Shown here one piece after another: positions 41,869 through 54,031 of a stretch of 64,000 bases of DNA. Position numbers and translations under genes: made by a program. The DNA comes from Eledone cirrhosa. Taxonomy: Eukaryota. Numbering within the stretch: the first letter of the stretch is position 1; the number at the start of each line of letters is the position of its first letter. Location of the stretch: assembly GCA_964016885.1 (NCBI GenBank), contig OZ024750.1, forward strand, positions 28,458,001-28,522,000, given 5' to 3'. The notes beneath the pieces are model-generated. The model saw only the letters and a program-made list of their open reading frames with translations, was not told where the DNA came from and did not search any database.

Positions 41869-41919
41869 AGATTCCTGATGATTTCTAAAGAATGAAACAG
41901 TTCTAGTCCTGTAGAATCT
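41869..41919 (+). ncRNA. Type I hammerhead (family A)
   Basis: agattc CTGATGA tttc-taaa-gaat GAAA cag-ttctagtc-ctg TA^gaatct; followed by the family A tail to ~41981. Partial copy at 47912-48017. Confidence 0.85.
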
Positions 41920-42032
41920 CATCTATATTAAAACTGTTATACTCTGCTATGTATTGAGTACCTTACTTACTGTGGTTACCTATATATATATATATATATA
42001 TATAAAGAATTTATATTGGTGCTCCTACAATG

Positions 42033-42093
<61 letters not shown>

Positions 42094-42156
42094 TATGTTG
42101 ATTTAAAACTGCACTATCCACAAGTGTTTTTTTAACCTTCATATCATGTCTTCCTG

Positions 42157-42223
42157 TTTTATCTGATGAAAACACAAATATTATTGCATGATTATATTTG
42201 TTTTTGAAATGCGCATAATAAAA
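42157..42223 (+). ncRNA. Type I hammerhead with palindromic TGCGCA stem III
   Basis: ttttat CTGATGA aaac acaaatat-loop-atatttgt tttt GAAA tgcgca TA^ataaaa. Confidence 0.82.
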
Positions 42224-42351
42224 TACATGGAACTCTTTTAACCATCTTTTGTTCTTATATATTATGTATACTCCAGTCCTACAAACTGTAGAGTGCTTCT
42301 TATCCGATATCTGCATTGCTTTATTGTACTACAATAAAACTCACCTCCTAC

Positions 42352-42405
<54 letters not shown>

Positions 42406-42761
42406 GTGTGTTTGTGTGTGAGTGTTTGTCTACGTGTGCCTGTGTATGTATATGTATTTATGAGAGTAGATGCGTTGGAAGGATGGATGTGAGAGTGTAG
42501 TAGAATGTGTATAGATGTTTGTATTAAGGGGACGATAGGAATTTTATGTAAAAACAACAGGAAAAGAAAAGAAAACCTTAGTAAAAGAAAAAGAAGGATC
42601 TTTACTACTATCCCTCGGAAATAAGGATGGGAAAGCCGTTAAATTCTTCTATATTTCACGAGACAGGAACAAATGCTTTTACGAGGTGTAAGTAGCAGCT
42701 AGGCTAGGCTGTTTAAGGAAATCCGATTAGTGAACATTAAAACAGCTACCATATATACATA

Positions 42762-42818
<57 letters not shown>

Positions 42819-42854
42819 GTGTGCGTGTGCGTGTGCGTGTGTGTGTGTGTGTGT

Positions 42855-42950
42855 ATACTTCCTTGTTTTAAGAAAATTCTTTATCGATGTTTAGATATCA
42901 CACAAGGAATAATGAATTATACAAACAAATATATATTTACTGATATAAAT

Positions 42951-43002
<52 letters not shown>

Positions 43003-43124
43003 GCGTGTGCGTGTGTGTGTGTGTGTGTATACTTCCTTGTTTTAAGAAAATTCTTTATCGATGTTTAGATATCACACAAGGAATAATGAATTATACAAAC
43101 AAATATATATTTACTGATATAAAT

Positions 43125-43185
<61 letters not shown>

Positions 43186-43278
43186 CTTCCTTGTTTTAAG
43201 AAAATTCTTTATCGATGTTTAGATATCACACAAGGAATAATGAATTATACAAACAAATATATATTTACTGATATAAAT

Positions 43279-43282
<4 letters not shown>
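42855..43282 (+). repeat. Three identical ~100-bp units separated by (GT)n
   Basis: tatacttccttgttttaag...gatataaataag occurs three times. Confidence 0.92.
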
Positions 43283-43319
<37 letters not shown>

Positions 43320-43436
43320 TGTGCGCGTGTGTGTGTGTGTGTGTATGGGTAGGGGGTATTTGTGAGTGAATGGATGGATACATGTAGTAGTTATGTTTAT
43401 ATGCATCTATGCATGAACGAATGCTTTACATACATA

Positions 43437-43475
<39 letters not shown>

Positions 43476-44259
43476 TTATATATGTGTGTATAAATGTGTG
43501 CGGTGGGGTCATGTATGTATGCTTCCTCCTTTTTTTTAATATTGGAATTCTTCCTTTAAGGAAAGAGCTAATACCTAACAAAGAAAGAAGTCCCATAACA
43601 CGAACGATATCACAAATATCACAAACGATATCACATGTTCAACTTTAGAAATCTCCGCCATATTTTTACTGCGCCGCTTACAAATTGTTTCTTCGCCTGA
43701 AGAGCCCAAATTTTACAATTGTCGCTTGGTCATTTATTAACATGGCCAAACATATCAATAAAATTGTTTCTACTTTTGGCACAAGGCCAGCAATTATCCC
43801 AGTGTATTACTAGTACTTTATTTTATCGACCCTGTAAGGATGAAAGGGAGGTAACTCTATGCTTCAAAGCATGGCGTCCGACCCTCTACCGAGACTGCCA
43901 ATCCATTCAAATCTCTCTGAGGTTAGTTTTGTCTTTCATCCTTACGAGGTTGATAAAATAAAATACCAGTAATACACTGGGATAATTGCTGGCCTTGTGC
44001 CAAAAAGAAGAAACAATTATATTGATATGTTTGGCCATTTTATTGACTTTCCCCATCCTCCAAAATTGCTGGCCTTGTGCCTAAATCAGAATATATCATA
44101 CGTATGCGTGTGGTGTATGTGTGAGGGTGCATGTATGTGTGTATGGGGGGGGGGTCTCCCGCCACGAATGTTTGTATGTATGTTCTCTATTTATTTTTGA
44201 TATCCCTTACCAATAGGGAAAGAATCGGTTTCCAACCCAGAAACTAAATTTTCATTGAA

Positions 44260-44267
<8 letters not shown>

Positions 44268-44348
<81 letters not shown>

Positions 44349-44442
44349 GTGTGTGAGTGGTGTCGTGTGTGAGTGTGTGTGTGTGGTGTCGTGTGTGTGT
44401 GTGTGTGTGCGCGTGTGTGTGTGGTGTTGTGTGTGTGTGGTG

Positions 44443-44527
<85 letters not shown>

Positions 44528-44588
44528 TGGTGTCGTGTGTGTGTGTGTGTGTGTGTGTGTGGTGTCGTGTGTGTGTGTGTGGTGTCGT

Positions 44589-44619
<31 letters not shown>

Positions 44620-44650
44620 CGTGTGTGTGTGGTGTTGTGTGTGTGTGGTG

Positions 44651-44683
<33 letters not shown>

Positions 44684-44714
44684 TGGTGTCGTGTGTGTGT
44701 GTGTGTGTGGTGTC

Positions 44715-44746
<32 letters not shown>

Positions 44747-44846
44747 GTGTGTGTGTGTGTGTGAGTGGTGTCGTGTGTGTGTGTGTGTGTGAGTGGTGTC
44801 GTGTGTGTGTGTGTGTGTGAGTGGTGTCGTGTGTGTGTGTGTGTGT
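44268..44846. repeat. (GT)n with recurrent GAGTGGTGTC interruptions
   Basis: Direct reading. Confidence 0.9.
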
Positions 44847-45027
44847 AAGTTGGTTGTTCCTGTGCATATGCTAAACAAAAATACATACTTATGGGTATAC
44901 AGTATTGCTTCCCATATCTTTCTTGTATCTATATCTTAATCTCCCCTCGGTGTGTGATCATATATATATAGATATATATATATATATATTTGTACGTCTT
45001 ATATATATGTGTGTGTATGTGTGTGTT

Positions 45028-45061
<34 letters not shown>

Positions 45062-45702
45062 TACACACACACGTGTGTTTGTGTGCGTTGCTCTCACTTC
45101 CACCACACACACTCTCCTTTCTTATATAGCGAGTGAGAAGATTACAGATAGAAAGTGTGTCTATGTGTGTGTATCTATGTGTGTATGTGTATAAATAGAA
45201 AGTTATCTATGTGTGTGTGTGTATGTGTGTGTGTGTGTGTGTGTGTGATGGGGAGTGATATGAGGTAGGGGGGGGGAGACATCTGTGTATTATGCGACTG
45301 TGTTTATTTATCATGTGTCTATTGATAGAAGTCGAGGTGAGTATGATGGCTGAGAGTAAATTATATTCACAGACTATTTTATAAGTACATCTGGCAAGAT
45401 ATTTACATTGGACGGAGGTGAAAGTATTCCTTTTACTTGTTTCATTTTCTGTTTACATATCTATCAATGTATCTCTGTATTCGTGTATATCTATACCTCC
45501 ATACCCACCTCACTCGTTCTCGGTCTGTGTCTAGCGCAAAATGTCTCCTCACATCACTAGTTATTGGAAACGAAAAAAAACGAAAGGGCGCTTGACTCTC
45601 GATAGAGTTGTAGGGGCCCCATCCTGATACAAGATACAAGGAATGGGTTGAGCGTGTCTGAAAATGGTGGGACCTAAGCTATCTCTCTCCAAGTCGGAAC
45701 AC

Positions 45703-45748
<46 letters not shown>

Positions 45749-46304
45749 AAGAAATAGAGAGAAAGAGAAAAAGAGCATGGGAGAGAAAGAGAAAAAGAGT
45801 GAGGGAGAGAAAGAGAAAAAGAGTGAGGGAGAGAAAGAGAAAAAGAGCGTGGGAGAGAAAGAGAAAAAGAGCGTGGGAGAGAAAGAGAAAAGAGCGTGGG
45901 AGAGAAAGAGAAAAAGAGCGTGGGAGAGAAAGAGAAAAAGAGCGAGGGAGAGAAAGAGAAAAAGAGCGAGGGGGAGAAAGAGAAAAAGAGCGAGGGAGGG
46001 AGAGAAAGAGAAAAAAGAGAGAGAGACAGAGAGAGAGAGACAGATAGAGAGAGATAAAGAGAAAAATAGAGAAAGACAGAGAAATAGAGAAAGAGAGAAA
46101 AATAGTGAGGAGAGGAATAAAAAGGACCTCAATACCGTATTTCTCCGTGTATATTGCGCAGTTTTCGTTTCACTTTTTCCATGTTTGTTTTAGAGGGTGC
46201 CTGCTATACCCTATCGCTAAATGTTTCCAGCTTTTTTCAGACCTATTCCCGAGAAACGAGCCAGCAGAAGACAGAAAACTGTATCAAGAAACGACCAGCA
46301 CCGA

Positions 46305-46596
46305 GTACCTTTTGTACCTTTTCTTATACAACATTATGTACCTTTTGACTTCAATTGTACCTTTTCTTATACAATATTATGTACCTTTTGACTTCAATTG
46401 TACCTTTTCTTATACAATATTATGTACCTTTTGACTTCAATTGTACCTTTTCTTATACAATATTATGTACCTTTTGACTTCAATTGTACCTTTTCTTATA
46501 CAATATTATGTACCTCTTGACTTTAATTGTACCTTATCTTATACATTATGTACCTCTTGACTTCAATCCTAGGTTTTCTTATACAATATTATGGAC
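46305..46596 (+). repeat. 43-bp tandem array, resuming at 46914-46955 after a SINE insertion
   Basis: TTCAATTG at 46350, 46393, 46436, 46479. Confidence 0.9.
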
Positions 46597-46597
46597 C

Positions 46598-46908
46598 TGG
46601 CTTTGTGGTTAGGGAATTCGGCTCACGATCGTAAGGTCGTAAGTTCGATTCCCGGTGGTGCGCTGTGTCCTTGAGAAAGACACTTTATTTCACGTTGCTT
46701 CAGTCCACTCAGCTGGCAAAAATGAGTTGTACTTTTAATTGGAATGATCAGCCTTGTCACATTCTGTGTCACACCGAATCTCCCCGAGAACTACGTTAAT
46801 GGTAAGCGTGTTTGTGGAATGCTCAGCTACTTGCACTTTAATATCACGAGCAGGCTGTTCCGTTGATCGGATCAACTGGAACACTCGTCGTCGTAACCGA
46901 CGGAGGGC
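46598..46908 (+). mobile_element. tRNA-derived SINE family 2 (CORE/V-like central domain)
   Basis: A box TGGCTTTGTGG, B box AGTTCGATTCCC, TGTGTCCTTGAG central motif; ATTATGGAC on both sides; relatives at 5590-5860, 8330-8560, 27075-27265. Confidence 0.8.
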
Positions 46909-47120
46909 CTTCCATTATGGACGTTTTGACTTCAATCGTACCTTTTCTTATACCATATAATGTTATAAAATGTTTGAATAAAGTTTCACTGATACTGTAG
47001 ATGTGTTGTTTCATCTATTTCTCAAATATATGTGTATTCCACAGTCTATTCATTTCCAGTTGTGATGTTTACTGATTAGAACTCTGTCGTGGCTACATGA
47101 ATATATATGTATATATATAT

Positions 47121-47385
47121 CTAGGGCGGGTAAAATTCCCGAGATCCATGGACGAGTTCTCTCCAGTGGTCTCTGTCTCTCATTATCGCTACCATTTCCT
47201 GCGTCTCCAACAAACCAGTGTCTGTCCTGAGGGCATCAACATATGTTAACCTCGGTCTTCCTTTCCAGTGTTTCCATGCAGGGGATCCCACAGGAGCACT
47301 GAGTGCAGTGTCAACTCTGGATGTCGGTGAGCATGTCCGGCTAACCTCAGTCTCCTCTGTGTCACTTTTGAGCTGACTTTTGGGT
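47121..47385 (-). mobile_element. RTE-clade LINE 3' fragment
   Basis: Near-copy of 31746-32010 ([16 protein letters not shown]...EFYPP*). Confidence 0.85.
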
Positions 47386-47463
47386 AAACAGAAATAACAA
47401 CACAATCGGTACAGTATATGAAAGGGATATATTAGGTTAACGCTTGATATAGCAGGAAGAGGG

Positions 47464-47499
47464 TCTTAACGTTTCGGACGCTAGTCCTTCATCAGATGA
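47464..47499 (-). ncRNA. Minimal hammerhead of Penelope-like 3' end
   Basis: tcat CTGATGA a ggac-tagc-gtcc GAAACGTT^aaga. Confidence 0.7.
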
Positions 47500-48195
47500 A
47501 AGAATGAGAAATAAGATAGATTGAGGGGACGGGCGGGTTAGAATTGGAAAATATATATATATATATTTAGAGGGTTCATAGAGTGCTTTGCTAATAACCT
47601 TTACATAAATTACACAAACATGTACACTATGTCCGAACAGCCTGTCGTGGCTATAGTTGAGAATGACACGTCAAATGTAATAGGCCTCTGCTCAACATTA
47701 CTGATCGGGCTTTCCAGATATTTTTCCGCTCAAAAGGTGATCTGCGTTATACACGAATGCGCACAATACACGGAAGAATGCGGTAATATATAAGGTGTCC
47801 TCCAAAAATGTTCACACAATTTGATTACCTGTACAAGCAATATTTATCAGAATGATGTTGAAATTTGTATACATTTTGGGGGAGCGCCCTGCATATATAT
47901 ATATATATACACGTTTATCCGGGGTTCAGTCGGGGGTAACCATAGTAAGTAAGGTACTCAATACAAGGAGTATAAATATTTAATATAGAAAAGGCTTCTA
48001 CAGGACTAGAACTGTTTTTTCGTCGCTATGGTCACTGCGGCCCGTCTATCGGTCGCTGTCTTCAATTTGCAAAGCTGTCTAAACGTAATGTTATAACTCT
48101 AGGGTAATATAGCCTATTGAGTGCTTAGCTGCACACCGAGATTGCATTCGTTAGCTTGGCTGCAACCAGAGCTTCGATGATGCTGTACTAAATTT

Positions 48196-48234
<39 letters not shown>

Positions 48235-48288
48235 TGTAAGCATGTGTGTATACGTATATACATATATGTATACAGACGTACAGTAGCA

Positions 48289-48336
<48 letters not shown>

Positions 48337-48556
48337 ATACATACAGTAAGTGCCGTACTAAGAGTGAGAAATGAAATTTCGTTTTCATTTTATTTCAACT
48401 TATATATATATTAATATATATATATTAAGCGGCGATTCTTTGCTTAAACTTTAATCTGTTATTTTAATAAATATTTGCTCTACGGTTCTTATATATTTGA
48501 TATATATTTTCCTTATCGAACCCTCTTTGGATTTTAGTCTTCAATTTTATTATTAT

Positions 48557-48623
<67 letters not shown>

Positions 48624-49287
48624 AAAATGGAACGGGAACAAAACAGAGAGGCAGTACGAACAAAGGTTTATTAGTTTCACGCTCTTGAGAGAAAGAATCG
48701 ACTCTAGTACTAAACTGGTACTTTATTAAGCTCGAAAGGATAAAAGACAAAGTTGACCTTCATGGAATTGGAACTCAGAGATCAGTGAGCCAGAACCGAC
48801 ACATTTACTCAGACGCTCTGTCGACTTTGCCAGTTCACAGCTTTTACTCACTATTTATAGACAGAAAGAATTAACTTAGTAAATAGACTTAACAACAAAT
48901 CTATAATTATGATTTCACGTTTAAGTTTCTAGAGAGATACATGGAGTTATTTATATATATTATACGTATATACGTGTGTCTGTCTGTCTGTCTGTCTGTC
49001 TGTGTGTGTGTGTACATCTACATATGCATGTATGTATATTTGTATGTATGTATACATATGTATGTGTATAGAATTAACGTAGCAAATAGACTTAACAAAT
49101 CTATAATTATGATTTCATGTGTAAGTTTCTAGATAGAAACATGGATATTTTTATGTATATTATATGTATATACATATGTATGTTGCGTGCGTTTGTTTGT
49201 ATATATATATATATATATATATACATACATATGTATGTTGCGTGCGTTTGTTTATATATATATACATATATACATACCATCATACAT

Positions 49288-49334
<47 letters not shown>

Positions 49335-49338
<4 letters not shown>

Positions 49339-49806
49339 GAGAAGAAAGAAGAATACTGCGTGGTTGTTCATGGGTTACATATGATAAAAATAGTCCTTCG
49401 TCAGTGATTTGCCAACCATCATTGGTATTTCATCGCATTAAAAATCATATACCTCAGGTTGGTGCGAGCAATAACTAAAAAAAGCTATTGGGACAAGTAA
49501 ATCGCGTAAAGCGAGTGAGACAAGTAAACAACATAGAAGGATGAAAGCAACGCAAAGATGGGAATAAACAAGCAACATGGTTATCCGGTCAGCATAATCT
49601 GGGTGGATTTCATGAGCGACAAGATGCAGACCATCCGACGTGAGTGAGATGTGAGCAAGAAGAGAACCCACTACTAGCCAAACGGGAGGAAGTGAGAAGG
49701 GGAGAAACAGAGAGTGAGTGAGTGGAAGTGTGAGGAAGAGGTCAGTCGAGAGAAAGTGTAACTGACAGAGGGGGCGAAAGAAGGTGAGAGCAACAGAGAG
49801 AACGGG

Positions 49807-49808
<2 letters not shown>
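49335..49808 (-). mobile_element. Family R unit containing rearranged hammerhead 49397-49462
   Basis: ccaacc TGA GGTAT A^tgattt ttaatgcga t GAAA TACC AATGAT ggttgg c aaatca CTGACGA a; TA tracts on both flanks. Confidence 0.8.
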
Positions 49809-49859
<51 letters not shown>

Positions 49860-49861
<2 letters not shown>

Positions 49862-49962
49862 AATAATGGAGCTGCGGCGTTGCAAATGGGTTACATTTAT
49901 CTGGCCCTTAAAGCGATGAAATGCCTAGGACGGTTGGAGGGTCACTGAAGAAAGGACTCACT
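49860..49962 (+). mobile_element. 5'-truncated family R copy with inverted tail
   Basis: ATC^tggccc ttaaagcga t GAAA tgcc taggac ggttgg a gggtca CTGAAGA a. Confidence 0.7.
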
Positions 49963-51059
49963 TTTTTATATATATATATACATACATACACACACTCAAA
50001 ATAATAAACCATTTGAAGAATTTATTTAAAATTGGAAGAAATACCAAACAAGGTTTGGCATTAAAACACATCCAAGACACTTTATGTGTTTCAGAGTTTC
50101 TCACATCACAACAGATCTCGAAACTTCTTCAGTCAGGAAAACATCCAACCCAGCTCAGCTGTTAACAATTAATAAATTCTCAAGTATTTTGCTTTATTTA
50201 TTGTGACAGGTGCATTACTTGGTCTCCTGATAATATCTTAAACAGAATTGGAAGTAGAAATTTCACCTACCTCAGTCCAGGGATTTTTACTATTATTGAT
50301 CCATTTTAAGATTCCACCTGTTCAATATTTTCCTTGTCCTCTCCTTCATCTCGTTCATTTTCATTATTATTGGCAGTATCGGTAGAGGGTCGGACGCCAT
50401 GCTTTATAGCATAGTTACGTCCCTTTACAGTCTGAGTTCAAATCCCGCCGAGGTTAACTTTGCCTTTCATCCTTACGGGGGTCGATAAAATAAAGTACCA
50501 GTAATGTACTGGGTAATTGCTGGCCTTGTGCCTAAAGTAGAAACAATTATTTTACTATCGTTAATAACTGGAGTATCAAGGTTTTATCAATAGATATAAA
50601 CTACAAAACTCCGTTTTAGCAAAGAGAAAAACAAATGTTGCGACACAGGGTTTGTTTTAAGGAAATTTTAGAACTTCTCGCATCTTGGAGATAAGGGTCA
50701 TGACTCACTATTTTACCCAGTGTTTGGTATTCTCAGTGTCTGAGATGCATTTATAATGTAAGAGGGATATTTTAACATTTTATGAGCGTTTAAAATCTTC
50801 TACCCATCATTTAATATATAATAAGGAGTCATATACCAAGGACTTGCGACCGGTAGATAGTATGAACAATGGAAATATTGTTTCCTTGGGCCGATTTGAC
50901 GAGTCCTCCCGCCCCAGCTCTGTAAGTGAATGCTGTCTGAGATCTTGTCGATTGATTCTTAAAAACATGTAACCACATGTAGTATTTGACACAAAATATA
51001 AACTTACAGTACAAAATTAGATTTAGAACTGCACAAGCAGGAGTCAGCTGCATAAGTAG

Positions 51060-51318
51060 GGATCAACTGCACAACCAGAGGCCAACTGCACGATCAAGGA
51101 TCAGCTGCACGATCAAGGATCAGCTGCACAATCAAGGATCAGCTGCACGATCAAGGATCAGCTGCACGATCAAGGATCAGCTGCACGATCAAGGATCAAT
51201 TGCACGATCAAGGAACAACTACACGACGACGGATCAACTGCACGGCCAAAGATCAACTGCACGGCCAAAGATCAACTGCACGGCCAAAGATCAGCTGCAC
51301 AACCACAGATCAACTGTA
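51060..51318 (+). repeat. 19-bp minisatellite GATCAGCTGCACGATCAAG
   Basis: About 13 units. Confidence 0.9.
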
Positions 51319-52110
51319 TATTAAAATATTCACTGTTGCAACATTCCTATGCCATATATTCTCTATTCAACAAGAATCACAAAGAATTATGACGAAAGTT
51401 ATCTAAAATCAATTATATGGTTAGGGAGTCTAATTTATTTGAAATTATGAAAGTTAAAATTTTGTATTTTCTGCTGATAATCCATGTTAAGCAATTTTAG
51501 ATTTCCTCAATATTAGGTTGATGCTAAAGTGAAATATTTTATAACGTATAGCTTATAACCATGTATATGAGCTAAAACTTTATACAAAACAAAGGAACTG
51601 TTGAATTAACATTTGAACATTCTTCCTTGTCATTACAAAAACATCAAAGAATATTGTGTTGATATTACTAATATAATTGTTTCTACTTTAGGCACAAGGC
51701 CAGCAATTACCCAGTGCATTACTGGTACTTTATTTTATCGACCCCGTAAGGATGAAAAGCAAAGTAAACCTCGGCGGGATTTGAACTCAGACCGTAAAGG
51801 GACGTAACTATGCTGGAAAACATGGCGTCCGACTCTCTACCGATACTGCCAATCCACCACCGTTGATATTACTAATATAATTGTTTCTATTTTAGGCACA
51901 AGGCCATCAATTACCCAGTGTATTACTGGTACTTTATTTTATCGACCCCGTAAGGATGAAAGGCAAAGTCAACCTCGGCGGGATTTGAACTCAGAATGGC
52001 AAGGGCCGTAACTCTATGCGTCAAAGCATGGCGTCCGACCCTCTACCGATACTGCCAATTCAATATAATAGATCATTTTCAGATAGGAGATATAGTCGGT
52101 ATTATGTGGA

Positions 52111-53254
52111 ATGAATGGACCCATAACACCTGATGAAGTCGTAAAGATGCGCCTTGGACATTTTAAAATAGGAGGATCCCATCTATATCCAGGTGTAAAC
52201 AGATATTTTCCAGAGAGAGAGAGGCGGAGTGATACAAACATATGGAGGAAGAATCAATCCAAGTACTGGACTGGTATTTCTATTATAGATTTTGCAAGTA
52301 TGAAAGGCAAAGTTGATCTAGGCGAGATTTGAACTCAGAAGGTAGAGAACCAGAACGAAACCGTGAAACATTCTGCCTGACTTTGTAACAGCTCTTTGAG
52401 CCAATTTGCCGCTTTCCAGCATATATTATTTATACGGATATTATCGAGTCTAGGAGTAGATGAAAGACAGAACTAATCCCGGTGGGATTTAACAAGGAGA
52501 TATAATGGAAGGCATTCACTCCATCATGTATTTTATCACTCAGTACCGTACAACACCAGAGAATATTATCAGTAAAAATAACTGGGTGGCATAAATTTAA
52601 TACTAAACAGTGTTTCTTTCTAGGTTAAAAGGTTTTGATTGATATCTTGGGAAGTGATAGATACAGCTGACCGTGTTAGTTGAGGTCTGGGCCAATACTT
52701 ACTAAATTGTAATTGAAGCTAAGATTCTATCTTGTCATATTCTAGCAGAAATGTCTTATTTACTTTACCAGTCTCGTAATGAGTCATCATCCATAATGTA
52801 TTATTTTACATGACACTTTATCTCTGTTAGCAAAATCAAAGTATGTCGTCTAATTAATCATAGATATGTGTGATACTCAGTTATTCATGGAGCTATTAGA
52901 GTGAAGAATCTTATCTACCGAAGCAAAACATTGGGATTCCTTGGAATGTTGATGTTGAAGTGTATGTGTGTGGTGGGGTTACTATATATCAGCTTTTCTT
53001 TAAGGTTTATTTTCCTATATTTCATGTAATGGCGAAAACATAAAATGAAAGATAAAGTGATTAGACGTGACCAAATATTGGTTTCTTTCTTTGTTTACTG
53101 AGCATAACATTTTGTTTTATTAGGAATGGCTAACGTTAAGAACTTCCCGAGGGGCTTCCCGACTGGACGTAAAATGAAATACATTGACGAAGGAATGAAA
53201 CTAACCTCTATGGGAGCAATTATTAAATTCTGGGTCAATAAGAAACATTTTTGA
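52111..53254 (+). CDS. Possible two-exon host coding segment (52111-52192 + 53124-53254), unknown product
   Basis: Non-repetitive frames MNGPITP...HLYP(G) and MANVKNF...KKHF* join in phase 1 via CAG|GTGTAA and TTTTATTAG|; AATAAA near 53297. No homology recognised. Confidence 0.25.
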
Positions 53255-53519
53255 GACGAGATATTAAAAGAATCCAAACATAATTGATTAAGGTCAAATA
53301 AATAATTGTTTCTACTTTTGGCACAAGGCCATCAATTACCCAGTGCATTACTGGTACTTTATTTTATCGACCCCGTAAGGATGAAAGATTCATGACCATA
53401 TGTAAGGGCTGGCACGAAAAACGAACTGAAGACAGCGAGTTTGGCTTTTACGTCTACTGAATACTGAATGCTAAAGCTGGCGCATTAATGCACCAGCTTT
53501 TGCAATTCTTGTACTTAAT

Positions 53520-53825
53520 TCAGCCTCCTGCCTTCCATCTCTCGTGAACACGGTCCCGAGATACTTGAACTTCTCTTCCTGCTTCAGTGGAACTCCATTT
53601 ACATGAAGAGTGCACTGAGCAGGCTTCCTCAGTTTTCGCAGCACTAATATTCATTTCAGTCATGCAGCATTCAGCATCAAACCTATCAAGTGCAAGTTGG
53701 ATATCACCTTCTGTTGAGTTGAGTGACACCTTGTCGTCTGCAAATTCCAGTCGACTGATTTTACACCCACCAGTCATGATACTACTTCCAGCCTGGTTGT
53801 GCATGTAAGTAATGAACAGGAGAGG
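53520..53825 (-). pseudogene. Degenerate LINE reverse transcriptase fragment (RTE-like)
   Basis: SPLLFITYM...ISRLEFADD...LDRF...NISAAKTE, then frameshifted FKYLG. Confidence 0.75.
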
Positions 53826-53996
53826 TGACATATATATAAATATATATAGACACACACACACACACATACTGACAGACACATACACATACATACTGACACA
53901 CAACCATACACACAAACATACACACACACACACATACACACTCACACACATATATACATACAGACAGACAGACACACAAACACACACACACATACA

Positions 53997-54031
<35 letters not shown>

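Noticed and set aside
52130-52175. CTGATGA followed by a small hairpin
   Set aside because: No GAAA/stem III/NUH in a compatible position; not called a hammerhead.
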